NCBI RefSeq assembly: GCF_006345805.1
Contig: NC_042997.1
Span: 44,640,001 to 44,704,000 of the forward strand
Length of the DNA: 64,000 bases
Direction of reading: 5' to 3'
DNA from: Octopus sinensis
Lineage: Eukaryota
The notes under the pieces are model-generated. The model saw only the letters and a list, made by a program, of their open reading frames with translations. It ran no database searches and was not told the origin of the DNA. Positions 38,993 to 52,400 of this stretch are shown in pieces. Within the stretch, counting starts at the first letter, position 1, and each line of letters opens with the position of its first letter. The position numbers and the translations under genes were made by a program.

Positions 38993-39195
38993 ATGTGAAG
39001 GTGCATGGCTCAGTGGTTAGAGTATTGGGCTTACAATCATGAGGTAGTGAGTTCAATTCTTGGACCAGGCTATTTGTCGTGTTCTTGAGCAAGACACTTT
39101 ATTTCACGTTGCTCCAGTTTACTCAGCTATAGAAATGAGCTGCGACGTCACTGGTGCCATGCTGTATCGGCCCCTTTGCCTTTCCCTTGGATAAC
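38993..39195 (+). mobile_element. tRNA-derived SINE family C; related fragment at ~11270-11395(-)
   Basis: Head ggtgcatggctcagtggttagag...gagttcaattc plus gtgttcttgagcaagacacttt core. Confidence 0.7.
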
Positions 39196-39531
39196 ATTTG
39201 TAGCAAAACCTCAGGCTTAGTATATACATCAGGAAAGACATCATACAAGGATATCAAAATTACTAATTAGACCCTAAAAAGAAATATTGGAAATCTAGGG
39301 ACTAAAGAAGCTATCATGATTAATATACTTAATCTGTCTATTGACAACAATGTTAACATTTGAAAAATAGCTAGTATGCATGGGAAACTGTTGGTCTTCT
39401 GTGAAAACCTTGTGCCTTGGAGGGGAACTTCCTAGGTGCAGTCCCGTGGTCATTCGTGACCGAAGGGGATCTTTACTCTCTGCCCTTTGCATGTATATTA
39501 ATCTCCTTTGCTGTTTTTGTTTTTTCTGTAG

Positions 39532-39693
39532 GCAATGGAAGCAACTAAATTATTAGTACGCAGTCATCAGCGCACGAAGCTTGAACTGACAAATGAAACT
39601 GAATGCAACTATTTGTTTGAGAGATGGTCGCAGCCTGATTACCAAAAAGCAATTCATGAATACTTAAGTGATGAGAAAAACTTCTCATATTGA
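39532..39693 (+). CDS. CDYL: CDYL-like terminal coding exon (AMEATKLLVRSHQRTKLELTNETECNYLFERWSQPDYQKAIHEYLSDEKNFSY*)
   Basis: ttttttctgtAG acceptor, 54 codons ending in TGA at 39691-39693. Matches the CDYL C-terminus 'LEESKALVR...LEQANERECEVLKKIW'. Confidence 0.92.
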   Translation, partial: AMEATKLLVRSHQRTKLELTNETECNYLFERWSQPDYQKAIHEYLSDEKNFSY

Positions 39694-39963
39694 CTGACTC
39701 CACTGTCAATATAGAGTCACATGATACTACTACTACTATTGCTACTACTACTACTACTACATTGACTAGATGTTCTCGGTGGTTTAGTCTTTGACTTCTG
39801 TCTCATTCAGCTTCCCACTACATTGTAAGAACATTGCCCAAAGTTTTAATATGCGTTCTTCACTGTCAACTATCTCATGTCTTCATTGAACATGCTATCT
39901 GATGGATCATACTCATTTAACAATGAAATTTGATAAAAAAAAAAAAAGAAAAAAGATGAGTAA

Positions 39964-40182
39964 AATAAAATTCACACACACCTCACAATCAATAAAGAAA
40001 AAAGAAAACAGACTTCTATTTCAAGGATTAACATGATTTTTAAGTTATCATGTGTCATTCTGCAAACTATCACAAATATACATGTATCTGTGTGCATGTG
40101 TTATTACACGCACACACACACATACACATGTTTGGATGTTCAAATGTGAGAATGCATATTCAAAGAGCTTTGAATGAATAAA
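39964..40182 (+). promoter_or_regulatory. Candidate polyadenylation signals of the CDYL-like gene
   Basis: AATAAA at 39964, 39991 and 40177, downstream of the stop codon. The site actually used is unknown. Confidence 0.45.
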
Positions 40183-40403
40183 AGGCAAAAGTGACTCATT
40201 CCAGTGTTACTGTGAGTTTCTCACTGCATTCAATCCTTCAGAGATATATATAAAAAAAAAAAAAAGAAGAAAAACGAGAGAGAATTTAATGAATTTTTTG
40301 TCACCTGAAGAATCACAAATATCAAGGAACTCTGAGCTACAGCAGAGTGAATTGTCAATTTTGGTCAACTAAGTTTGTGTTTGTATGTGTGTGTGTGTGT
40401 ATG

Positions 40404-40434
<31 letters not shown>

Positions 40435-40468
40435 GCTTTATTTAAAGTAGCAGAAAATTCAACAAAAC

Positions 40469-40506
40469 CTGTTACTCTGAGTTTCCCGTTGCCGTTCATC
40501 AGACAG
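40469..40506 (-). ncRNA. Minimal type-I hammerhead ribozyme motif (weakened); decayed mirror copy 40523-40560 on the + strand
   Basis: CUGU-CUGAUGA-ACG[GCAA]CGG-GAAAC-UCAGA-GUA-ACAG: stems I and III present, stem II has 2 bp plus an A.G mismatch. The + copy has CCGAUGA. Confidence 0.55.
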
Positions 40507-40669
40507 TTTTTGCTAGAAAAAACTGTCCGATGAACAGCAACGGGAAACTCAGAGTAACAGGTTTTGTTGAATTTTCTGCTGCTTTAGATAAAGCATAGTA
40601 CTCTACCACTGGTATTTGATACTCTTTTTTTCCACCTTGTTTCACATTTATGTGTTTACTCTGGTATAT

Positions 40670-40702
<33 letters not shown>

Positions 40703-40845
40703 TATCTATATATATAATATATTATATGTATATATATAAGATGTATGTATGTATATTATATATATTATATATATATATGTATATGTTATTATATAATGTA
40801 ATATATTTATATATATGGTATATATTATTTATATATGTATGTATG

Positions 40846-40884
<39 letters not shown>

Positions 40885-40921
40885 GAGTATAATATATATA
40901 TATATATGTATATATTTATTG

Positions 40922-40967
<46 letters not shown>

Positions 40968-41060
40968 TATATATGTATATATATATTATATATGTATATG
41001 TATATATATATGTATATCTATATATATGTATATATATATATGTATAATATATATGTATAT

Positions 41061-41158
<98 letters not shown>

Positions 41159-42371
41159 TGTATTATATATAATTATATGTATATATATATATATGTATGT
41201 ATATATATATATATATGTATGTATATATATATATATATGTATATATAGATAGATATATATATATATATATAATGTATTAATATATATATGTATATATATA
41301 TATATGTATATATATATATAATGTATATATTATATATATATAGTATGTATGTATATATATATATATATATATGTATGTGTATATATATATATATGTATGT
41401 GTATATATATATATATATGTATGTGTATAATTATATATATGTATGTGTATATATATATATATGTATGTGTATATATATATATATATATATGTAATGTGTA
41501 TATATATATATCTATGTGTATATATGTATGTGTGTATATTATATATATATTATATATATAGTATATATATATATGTATATATATATATTATGTATATATA
41601 TGTATATATATATATGTATTATATATGTATATATATATGTATATATATTATGTATATATATATGTGTATATATATATGTATGTACATATATATATGTATA
41701 TATGTATATATATCTATATATTGTATATATATATATGTATATATATATGTATATAATATATATGTATATATGTATATATATATATGTATGTACATATATA
41801 TATGTATATATGTATATGTATATATATTATATTATATGTATGTCATATATATTGTATATATGTATATGTATATATATATATGTATATATCTATATATATA
41901 TTATATATATATGTAATATGTATATATATATAATGTATGTACATATATATGTAATATGTATATGTATATATATATATATGTATATATATATATGTATATA
42001 TATATATGTATATATATATAATGTATATATGTATATGTTATATATATATGTATATATATATGTATATATCTATATGTATATATATATATATCAATATGTA
42101 TATATATAAATTATATATATAATATCTAATATAATATTATATGTTAGATATATATTATATATATATGGTATTATAATATATATGTTATTTTATATATGTG
42201 TAATATATAGTGTATATATATATATATTATATATATATGTATATGTATATATATATGTATATATATATGTATATGTATATTATATATATAATATATGTAT
42301 ATAATATATATGTAGATATATATATATATATATATGTATAATATATGTATATGTATATATATATATAATAT

Positions 42372-42417
<46 letters not shown>

Positions 42418-42496
42418 GGTATATATATATATGTATGATTGATTGATTGATTCTAGTTTCAGCTTATGAGCTGTGGCCATGCTGGGGCACCGCCAT

Positions 42497-42531
<35 letters not shown>

Positions 42532-42562
42532 GTATATATATATATGTATATATATATATAAT

Positions 42563-42599
<37 letters not shown>

Positions 42600-42700
42600 G
42601 TATATCTATATATATATATATATATTATATATATATATTATATGTATATATATATATATATATATATGTAATATATATATATATGTATGTATGTAATATT
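40670..42700. repeat. Complex (TA)n/(TATG)n microsatellite block; similar blocks at 48720-49390, 54410-54750, 55170-55560, 56815-58720
   Basis: Direct inspection; these blocks produce the YIYI-type ORFs in the track. Confidence 0.95.
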
Positions 42701-42979
42701 TCTCTTTATTTTAATTCATTCACCATCAGGAATAGAGACACTTTAATATTCAATCTATTGTTTGGTTTCTGACTCCAGTTGTCTGAATGAATAACTAGCA
42801 ATTTTGAAATTTAGTGGACTATTTTGCTAGCTTCATCATCCACATTTGTCAATTCACTCTGAATATAGGTAATAAAAAAACAAAAAATACCTTTACCACA
42901 AGCTAAGAATAAAACAAGAACATCATCCCTCCATCTCTCGCATTACTGAAGTTTGCATCTATTTTTGTTTTGTTTTTAT

Positions 42980-45900
42980 TTATAAAGAAATTGTCACTCA
43001 AGAGTTCGATTCCTGCCATGGTTGACTTTGATCTTCATCCCTCCAGTGTCAATAAAAATAGAATTCCAGTCAAGTGCTGAGGTTGATTTTAATTGACTAA
43101 CTCCTCCCTTCAAATTTCTGGCCTTGTTCTTATGCTAAAACTATTCGTTGTTGTTGTTGTTACTATTATTATTATTATTATTATTATTATCAAAGACGGC
43201 AAGCTGACAGAATCGTTAGCATGCCGAGTGAAATGCTTAGTGGTATTTCGTCTGCCACTACACCGAGGTCGACTTTGCCTTTCATCCTTTCGGGGTTGAT
43301 AAATTAAGTACCAGTTGCGTACTGGGGGTTGATGAAATCGACTGGATCCTTCCCCAAAAATTTCAGGCCATGTGCATATAGAAGAAAGGATCCGTGCTAG
43401 CGCGGAAAACGAACGTTAAACGATGATGATGATGATGATGATGATTGTTATTATTATTATCAAAGACGGCAAGCTGGCAGAACTGTTAGCATGCCGAGTG
43501 AAATGCCTAGTGGTATTTCGTCTACCACTACATTCTGAGTTCAAATTCTGCCGAGGTCAACTTTGCTTTTCATCCTTCTGGGGGGTCAATGAAATAAGTA
43601 CCAGTTGATATAATCGACCAGCCTCCCCCCCCCCAATTTTCAAGGCCTTGTGTCTAGAGTAGAAATAACAACTATTATTATTGTTATTATTATCAAAGAC
43701 AGCAAGCTAGCAGAATTGTTACCACGCCAAGTGAACGCTGCTATGTTCTGAGTTCAATTCTGCTGAGGTCGACTTTACCTTTCTACCTTTTGAGGTCAGT
43801 AAATTAAGTACCAGTGAAACGCTAGGGTTGGTGTAATCAATTTATCCCCTCCACCCCCCACATTTTGGGCCTTGTGTCTTCAGTAGAAAGGATTATGATT
43901 ATGATTATTATGATTATTATTATTATTATTAGGGCGGTGAGCTGGCAGAATTGTTAGCATGCCGGGCAAAATGCTTAAGGGTATTGCGTCTGCTGGTATG
44001 TTCTGAGTTCAAATTCCGCCGAGGTCGGCTTTGCCTTTCATCCTTTTGGAGTCAATGAAATAAGTACCAGTTACGCACTGGAGTCAATGTAATCAACTAG
44101 CCCCCTTCCCACCAAACATTTCAAGGCCTTGTGCCTAGAGTAGAAAAAATGAATATGTATGATAAAGCAGGGAGCTGGCACAATTGTTAGCATGCTGGGC
44201 GAAATGCTTAGCAGAATTTTGCCCGTTGCCTTGTGCCTATAGTAGAAAGGATTATTATTATTATATTCTGCTGAGGTCGATTTTACTCTTCATCCTTTCA
44301 GGGTCAGTAAAATGAGTACCAGTTGAGCACTGGTGTTCATATAATTGGTTAACCTCTCCCCACAAAATTTCAGGCCTTGCACTTACAGTAGAAAGTGAGC
44401 TGACACAATCGCTAGTGTCAGAAAAACTGCATTGTGGTATTTGTTCTGATTCTCTACATTTTGAGTTCAAACCTCACCAAAGGTCAGCTTTGCTTCTCAT
44501 CCCTCTGGGATTTCAAGCCTTGTACCTATGGCCGAAAATAATTATCATTATTAATATTGTGTGCAAACTTTGGCACAGGGCCAGTAGGTTTGGAGAAGGG
44601 GCTAAGTCAATTACATCAACCCCAGTGTTCAAGTGGTACCTATTTTGTTAACCCCGAGAAGATAAAAAGCAAAGTCAACCTCAGTGGAATTTGAACTTAG
44701 TACCTTTACCTTGTCAATATTAGTAATATTTCAGGTGGCAGGCTGGCAGAATCATTAGCACACCAGGCAAAATACTTAGTGGCATGTCGCTTCTCTTTAC
44801 ATTCTGAGTTCAAATTCTGCCATGGTCGACTTTGCCTTTTGTTCTTCCCCTAAATTGCTGGTCTTGTGCCAAAAAGTTGAAATCGGTATTGCAAATAGGT
44901 TTTTGTTTTATAATGTTTTCTTTTATTTGTTCAGTTAAAAATTATTGGGAAGGGTTAATTCAGTTGACCAAAATCTTTTCCCTAAAATATGTGGCCTTGC
45001 GCTGTTGTAAAAAACCTTTATTATTAGTGACAGAATCAGTTGAGCGATGGACAAAAAAATAGCGAATGGCCTTTCGTTACATCTCCTCCCTTTCTGTGTT
45101 CAGTTCTTGATTGCTCATCTTTGTCTTTCATTCTTGTGAGATTGATATAAGATATGGTAACAATCAAATAAATAACGAAGTAGATCTAATTTTACTCTAC
45201 CCTCACCTTTCCCATTAACCTGTGTCTGTGTATCCTTTGTGACCGTGTCAGAAATCGATATAATATTCAAATCTACCTGAACTGCCTTTGCCTTCCATTC
45301 TTTCATAGTTAATGAAATAACCATCACTCAATTGGCTATTCATACTCTCCCTCCAAAATGTGTGGAATTGTGCCAAAGTCAGTGTTAAAGTTCATTATTA
45401 TTATTATTAAGGCAACGAGCTGGCAGAATCGTTAGCACTCCAGGTGAAATGCTTTGCGGCATTTTGTCTGTCTCTATGTTCTGAGTTCAAATTCTGCTGA
45501 GGTCAACTTTGCCTTCATCCTTTTGGGCTCGGTGAAATAAGTACCAGTTACACACTTGGGTCAATGTAATCGACTATTCCCCTTCCCCCTTTTCAAGGTC
45601 TTGTGCCTGGAGTAGAAATAATAATAATAATAATAATAATAATTATTATTATTATTATTAAAGCGGTGAGCTGGCAGAAACGTTAGCACGCCGGGCGAAA
45701 TGCTTAGCAGTATTTCGTCTGCTGTTACATTCTGAGTTCAAATTCCACCAAGGTTGACTTTGCCTTTCATCCTTTCAGGGTCGATAAAATAAGTACCAGT
45801 TACACACTGGGGTTGATATAATCGACTTAATCCGTTTGTCCCTTCTGTGTTTAGCCCCTTGTGGGTAGTAAAGAAATAGGTATTTCGCCCGCCACTATGT

Positions 45901-48230
45901 TCTGAGTTCAAATTCTGCTGAGGTTGACTTTCATCCTTTCGGGGTTGATAAAATAAGTACCAGTTGAACACTGGGGTTGATGTAATCAACTTGTCCCCTC
46001 CCCTCACATTGCAGGCATTGTGCCTATTGTAGAAAGGATTATGATTATTCCACAGAGGTCACCTTTGCCTTTCATCTTTTCATGGTCGATAAATCAAGTA
46101 CCAGTTGAGTACTGGGGTTGATGTTATTGACTTAACCCCTCCCCCTAAATTTCAGGCCTTGTGCATGTAGTAGAAAGGATTATTATCAGGGCAATGAACT
46201 GACTGAATCATTAGGGCGTTGGTCAAAATACTGAGCAACATTTTATTCAGTTTTATGTTCTGAGTTCAAATTCCACTGAAGTCTCGACTTTACTTTTTAT
46301 CCTTTTGGGATGGATAGCAATAAGTACCAGTCTAGTATTGGGATTGATGTAATGGACTAGCCCCACAAGCCCAAATTTTCAGGCTTTGTGCCTATGATAA
46401 AAAGAACTATTATTATAAATGTAATGGGCTGGCCAGATCAGTGTGTCAGATAAAATACTTAGTGGCATTTTTTCCGACTCATCATGTTCTGAGTTCAAAT
46501 TCTGCTGAGGTCGACTTTGCCTTCCATCCTTTGGCGAACAATAAAATAAGTCCCAGTTGAACATGGGGGTCTGTGTAATCGACTTAACAACTCCCACCTA
46601 AAATTACTGGCTTTTTTCCAAAATTAAAAATAATTACTGTTAGAATGGAGTATTGGCAGAATTATTGAAGTTTTGGAAAATATGTTTTGCAGCATTTTTT
46701 CTGGCTCTTTACATCCTGAGTTCAAAATGCTGCTGTAGTCAACTTTACCTTTTATCCATTTGAAGGGGTCGATAAAATAATGTACCATAAAACTACTGGG
46801 ATTGATGTAATTGGCTATTACTGTTCCACTAAATTCCAGGCCTTGTATCTCTATGGAAAAAATATTATTACTGAAGGTGGCAAATTGGTGGAGCCATTTA
46901 AAGCTTTGGATAATCTGCCTTGCAATATTTGCTGTAGCTCTTTTACACTGTGTTCAGTTCCTGCGAAGGTCAGCTTTGCCTTTCTTTTCTTTTTTCTTTT
47001 TTTTTTTTTTCTAAGGTTCATAGAATATTTCTACAGTTATATACTGGAGATAATAGAATTGGTTATAACCTTTTTCCCAAATTTCTTGCCTGTGCCTATG
47101 TGAAAAAACAATTAAAGGTCGTTGATCTGAAGGATTGTTAGCACTTTGGACAAAATGTGGTATCCAGTTACATTCCATTATGTCCTGAATTCAGTTCCGT
47201 TGAGGTTGACTTTTCCTTTCATCCTTGTGGGGGGAGGGGATCAAGAAAATAATATACTTCTTGAGTACTGAGGTCAATGTAATCAACCAAGCTCCTCCCC
47301 CAAATTTGTTGCTTTGTACCTATGTTAGAAATTATAATTATCAAAAAGTTGGTGGATTGACAGAATCATTATGATGTATTTTGTTACAGCCCTTCACATT
47401 CTGAGTTCAAACCTCACCGAGATCGACTTTGCCTTTTATCCTTCCAGGATAAATAAAGTCAAAAATGAAAGAAACTACTAGTCAACTATTGGGTTCAACT
47501 GTTCCCAACCTCCACCAATATCTGTCCATGTGCCTACGTAAGAAATTATTATTACTACTATTATTGGAGGTGAGCTGGCACAGTTGTTAGAGTGTATTTC
47601 TAACAACTCACTATGTTCTGAGTTCAAATTCCACCAGAATCAACATTGCCTTTCATTCCTTTGTGGTCGCTAAAATAAAGTACCTGTCAAGTACTGAGGT
47701 CCACTTGCCTTCTTCCCTGAAAAACTGCTGGCCTGGTGCCAAAATTTGAAACCATTATTATTTCTTCTGATTCTTTACATACTGAGTTCAGATCCCGACA
47801 GGGGTAAGCTTAGCCTTTTATCCTTCTAGAGTTATGTGTGGAGAAGGCAGAATCGGTAGAGCATCAGGAAAAGTGTCGAGTGGCATTTACTTAAGTTCTT
47901 TTCTGAAATCAAAGGCTGCTAAGATTCACTTTGCCTTTCATCCTTTCAAGGAGGATAAAATAAAATGAAATTCTAGGAGCTAATTAAATTGACTGCATTA
48001 ACTCCTATAAATTTGTGGCCTTTTGCCAATGCAAAACAAAAATCATAAATATTATTTGTTCTGACTTTATGTTCTGTGTTCAAATTCTGCTGAGGTCAAC
48101 TTCACCTTTTGTCCCTTCAGGGTTAATAAAATAAAGTACCAGTCAAGTACTGGGGATCGGTGATATCGACTAATCCCCTCCCCTAACAATTGTCTGGTAT
48201 TGTGCCTAAATCCAAAAATTTTAACCAAAA
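42980..48230 (+). repeat. Head-to-tail array of roughly 18-20 diverged copies of SINE family D, separated by (ATT)n; inverted copies at ~20345-21250
   Basis: Recurrent module ggcggtgagctggcagaa...ttctgagttcaaattc...gaggtcgactttgcctttcatcc...aagtaccag...ggggtcgat. Confidence 0.85.
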
Positions 48231-49446
48231 AAAAAAGAAATGAAAAAGGTTTCCTCTTAAATCATTGTTTCCCCATTTCATGTGAAGATATGATACTTTG
48301 TTCTTGCATCGGAAAATAAAGTACATTTTCTACAATTTTGTCTTTCTAGGAAATCACATGATGATGGAGATTATGGGTAACATTAGTTTTAAAATTTTAT
48401 TTTACTTTTTGACATACATATCTACTTCAAATAAAGTTCTAAAAAACATTTAAATATACCTTCATGTGAGTGTGTGTTTTTCAGCTATTAATAGTTTAAA
48501 ACAATCATCTCTCAGAAGCCCTTTGTATATAAAATTCGGCGTGTGTTGCCACATGAAAATTAAAGACAATTAGTGCTTTAGGAACAAAGTTCCTTGATAT
48601 GTTTGCTCTGTACTGAGCAACAAACACTGTTGGAAACCGGCAAACTAACAGCACTTTTGTTTTCACCAATTGCGATATTTATAAAAAAAAAACTCCTTTT
48701 TCTTTCCATCTCTCTCTTTCTCTTTCATATATATATACATATATATTTATATATATATATATATTATATATTGTTATGTATATAGTATATAATATATATT
48801 ATATATTATATATATTACATAGTTATAAATATATATTATATACTTATTTATAATATATATATAGATATATTGTATATTTATATTATATATTATATAATTA
48901 TGTGTTATACATATATTTTATATATTATAAAAATATAAATTTATATATGTATTTATTTATATATTATATGCATTTATTTATATATAATTATTATATTATA
49001 TACATTTGTGTATTATACATATATATATATATATATTTGTATCTTTACATATTATATTGTACATTATTATATTATATATCATATTATAATATATATGTTT
49101 ATATATATGTATAATTATATTTATTTTATTTTATATATATATATATATATATAATATATGTATAATTATATATATGTATGTATATATATATGTATGTAAA
49201 TATATGTATGTAAATATATAATATATATATATATATGTGTATGTATATATATATGTATGTATATATATATATGTATGTATATATATATGTATGTATATAT
49301 ATATGTATATATATATGTATGTATATATATATATGTATGTATATATATATGTATGTATATATATATGTATATATATGTGTATGTATATATATATATATAT
49401 ATATATAATTTAAAAAGATGTGGAACACGAGTTGTGAAATATAAAA

Positions 49447-52400
49447 AAAAGGAAATGAAGAAAATGCTGACAAAATAATTTAAGTAAGGGAGAGTGTATT
49501 TAATTAGGTGAAAGTTCTTTTTACCGGTTGCGCATTTCTTATGCTTATCAAAAGATATTTTGAGTGAGATAGAGTTCCTTTCTGGTTGATTTTTTTCTCT
49601 TATCTGACTTTATGTTGGGTTTTCTGTCTCTTATATGTGAAAAAAGAGGCTCCAGAGTTGTTTAAGATTTGCTTGGTTTCGCGCCTAAAATTTCTTGTGG
49701 ACAATGGTCAATACAATTTTGATTGGTCATTATAAAGGGGTCACATGAATGTTTGAATGGAAGTTGGTGTTGGGGTAAGAAAATAGGCTCCAGAGATGTT
49801 AAAATTTGGCTAGTATCACACCTAAAATTTCTTATTGATCATAATAAAGAGGTCACGTGAGTGTGATCATAATAATGTTTAGAATGAATGTTGCTGTGGG
49901 TGGTGTATGGAGTTTTCGAAAATAGTGTTGTTGAAAATTCTTATTGTTCAGGCTGGTCAGCAGATGTCATGTGGATATTTTGAATAGCTTTTTAGTGCAT
50001 AGTTAAGGAGTGTATTTTCCGCTTGACTGAATTTGAGCTGGAAAAGTAAGTTCCTTTAGGACAGGAAGAGCTATATGTATGTATGTGTGCACGTGTGTGT
50101 GTTTATATGTATGTTGGGGCGTGTATATATGTGTGCGTGTGTGGGTACAATTTTCAATATTTATAGTTCTGCTGGCCTTGTGCCTGTATCGGGAAGCAAC
50201 TTGTTTGTGTGAAGTCAATATTTACAGTCATTTCCAAAAAATAGTGTTGGATGTTTTGCACCCGTATCAAATTATGTGTATGTGTGGAACCATATATTTG
50301 CGTGTGTCATGGTGTTAATATCTGGGTAAAAGTATGTGCAGGTGTAAGTGTGTTTGTTGTAGGTTCGTGTTTAGAAGTGGTCTGTATTTATTAATAAGGT
50401 GGGATTCCATGGTTATTCACTGGGTATGAGTGGCATTGTCTTTAAATTTGTAGAGAGGAAAGATTCTAAAATTGGGATGAAGTTGTGCGGTACAGGTATC
50501 AATATGTGCACTAAGTGCTATTTTTCTGTATTCCTGTATTTTTATTTGGGATCTGTGGACAGTCATGCGTTGGCGGAGGCTATTTTTAGTTTGGCCTATG
50601 TAGTGTTCATTACAGCCCGAGCAAGTTAAGACATATACTAGGTTTTCTGATGCGCATGTGAAGTTGTGTTTTACTGTGAAACGTTGTCCTTGTTTAAAAA
50701 GGAATTCTGGACCTTCTATTAGGTTGATGCATATACCACAGTTGGGTCTATTGCATTTGTTTACTGTGGGTTTAGTTGTTGTGGTTGGCAGTACTTTGGC
50801 ATTTGTTAGGATGGTTTTCAATGATTTGGGTTGCCTTTTGCTCTTTATGATTTCGTGTGTTAGGAGGATTTGGTTCATTCTATGGTCCTTTTTTAATACA
50901 GGAATGTTCTGGAGGATGGTGTCAAAAGCTTCATTGTTGAGGAGGTTGTGTGTAGAGATGTATGGTAGAATATGGGGTTTCGATGTAACAGGTTTAGGGC
51001 GTCTAAGTTCCTGTGTGCTGAGTTTTAGGGCGCGTTGGATCCCATTGTCAATTAGTGACGTGGGGTAATCCCTGCTTGTTAATGTGTCCTTAAGTTCTTG
51101 TAGACGTAAGAGGCGGGTGTTTTTATTGGAGACTATAGTGCAAATTCTCTTGGCTAAGTTGTAGGGAATATTAATTTTAACGTGTCTAGGGTGGCATGAA
51201 TTGAAAGGGAGGTATTGCTTGGAGTCTGTGGGCTTGTAGTATATGTCTGTTTCTATTTTTTTGTTGTGAATTTTAATGAGGATGTCAAGGAAGGGAATTT
51301 GTTGAGGGCTGTATTCCATTGTGAAAATAATGTTTGTGTTGAGCCCATTTATAAGGGTGTGAAATTCTTTAAGCTTCTCGATGGTTTCGGGCCAAAGGAT
51401 GAAGCAGTCATCAAGGTATCTCTTCCAGTTCTTCTCTATGTGTGTGTGGAGAGTGGTGCCAAATTGGTTAAGAACGTTATTATAGAGGGTGATTTCCAGG
51501 TATCCCATGACTAGGTTGGCATAAGTGGGAGCTATTTTCGTTCCTATTGCCGTCCCTGATTTCTGTCTGTAGAATTTGTTGTTGAAGGTGAAGAAATTAT
51601 TCTCTAAGATGAATTTGAGTCCTAAAATAATTTCCTTTTTGAAGCGGTGTGGGAGTTCGTTGGAGTAATTATCCAGCTAGAATTGGATAGCTTCTATTCC
51701 TAAGTTGTGGGGGATGTTGGAGTAAAGATTAACTACATCGAATGTTACTAGCAGGGTTTGTTCAGCAAGAAGTGTATTGGGGAGGTGGTTGAGCATATCT
51801 AGATCATCCCTTATGTAGCTTTTAATGTGTTTGAGGAAGGGCTTGAGAAGGGTATCAATGAAGTTGCTAAGGCGGTGGGTTTCACAAGCGGGACCTGCTA
51901 TTATAGGTCTCAATTTGAGGTCATTTGGTGAGGGGACATTGATTACAGAGTTTGTGGCTTCCTTGCATGCCTTACTTATTAATTCGCTTTTATGAATTTT
52001 GGGAATACCGTAGAAGAGGCTGGTTTTACTAGTGAAATTTGTGATGAAGTTGAATTCTTTGTAAGTGAGTTCTTCTTTGTGGGGGTTGATCAGGGTTTTT
52101 AAGTTTCTCATAATTTTCTGTTGATTGTAGTGTTCAGCCTTTTCGTAATATGTTCCATTTTCCAAGGTGGAGAGTGCTAAGTTGATATAGTATTGTGTCT
52201 CCATTAAGACTACTGCACTTCCTTTGTCGGCCTCTTTAATGGTGATAGATCTTTCATTTTTTAATTTGTTTAATTCTTCCCACTCTTTCTTGTTGAGGTT
52301 TGGTTTGGGTTTTGGTTTGTGTAAGTGTTGGTAGGGGAAGTTTGTAATGTGCTCACAGAATTCGTCTAGGATTTTATTTCTACCTTTTGGTGGGGTGTAG

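Noticed and set aside
40687-42772. Many long YIYI/MYIY ORFs (also 48900-49480 and 54589-58805)
   Set aside because: Translations of TA/TATG microsatellites, which lack stop codons in several frames.
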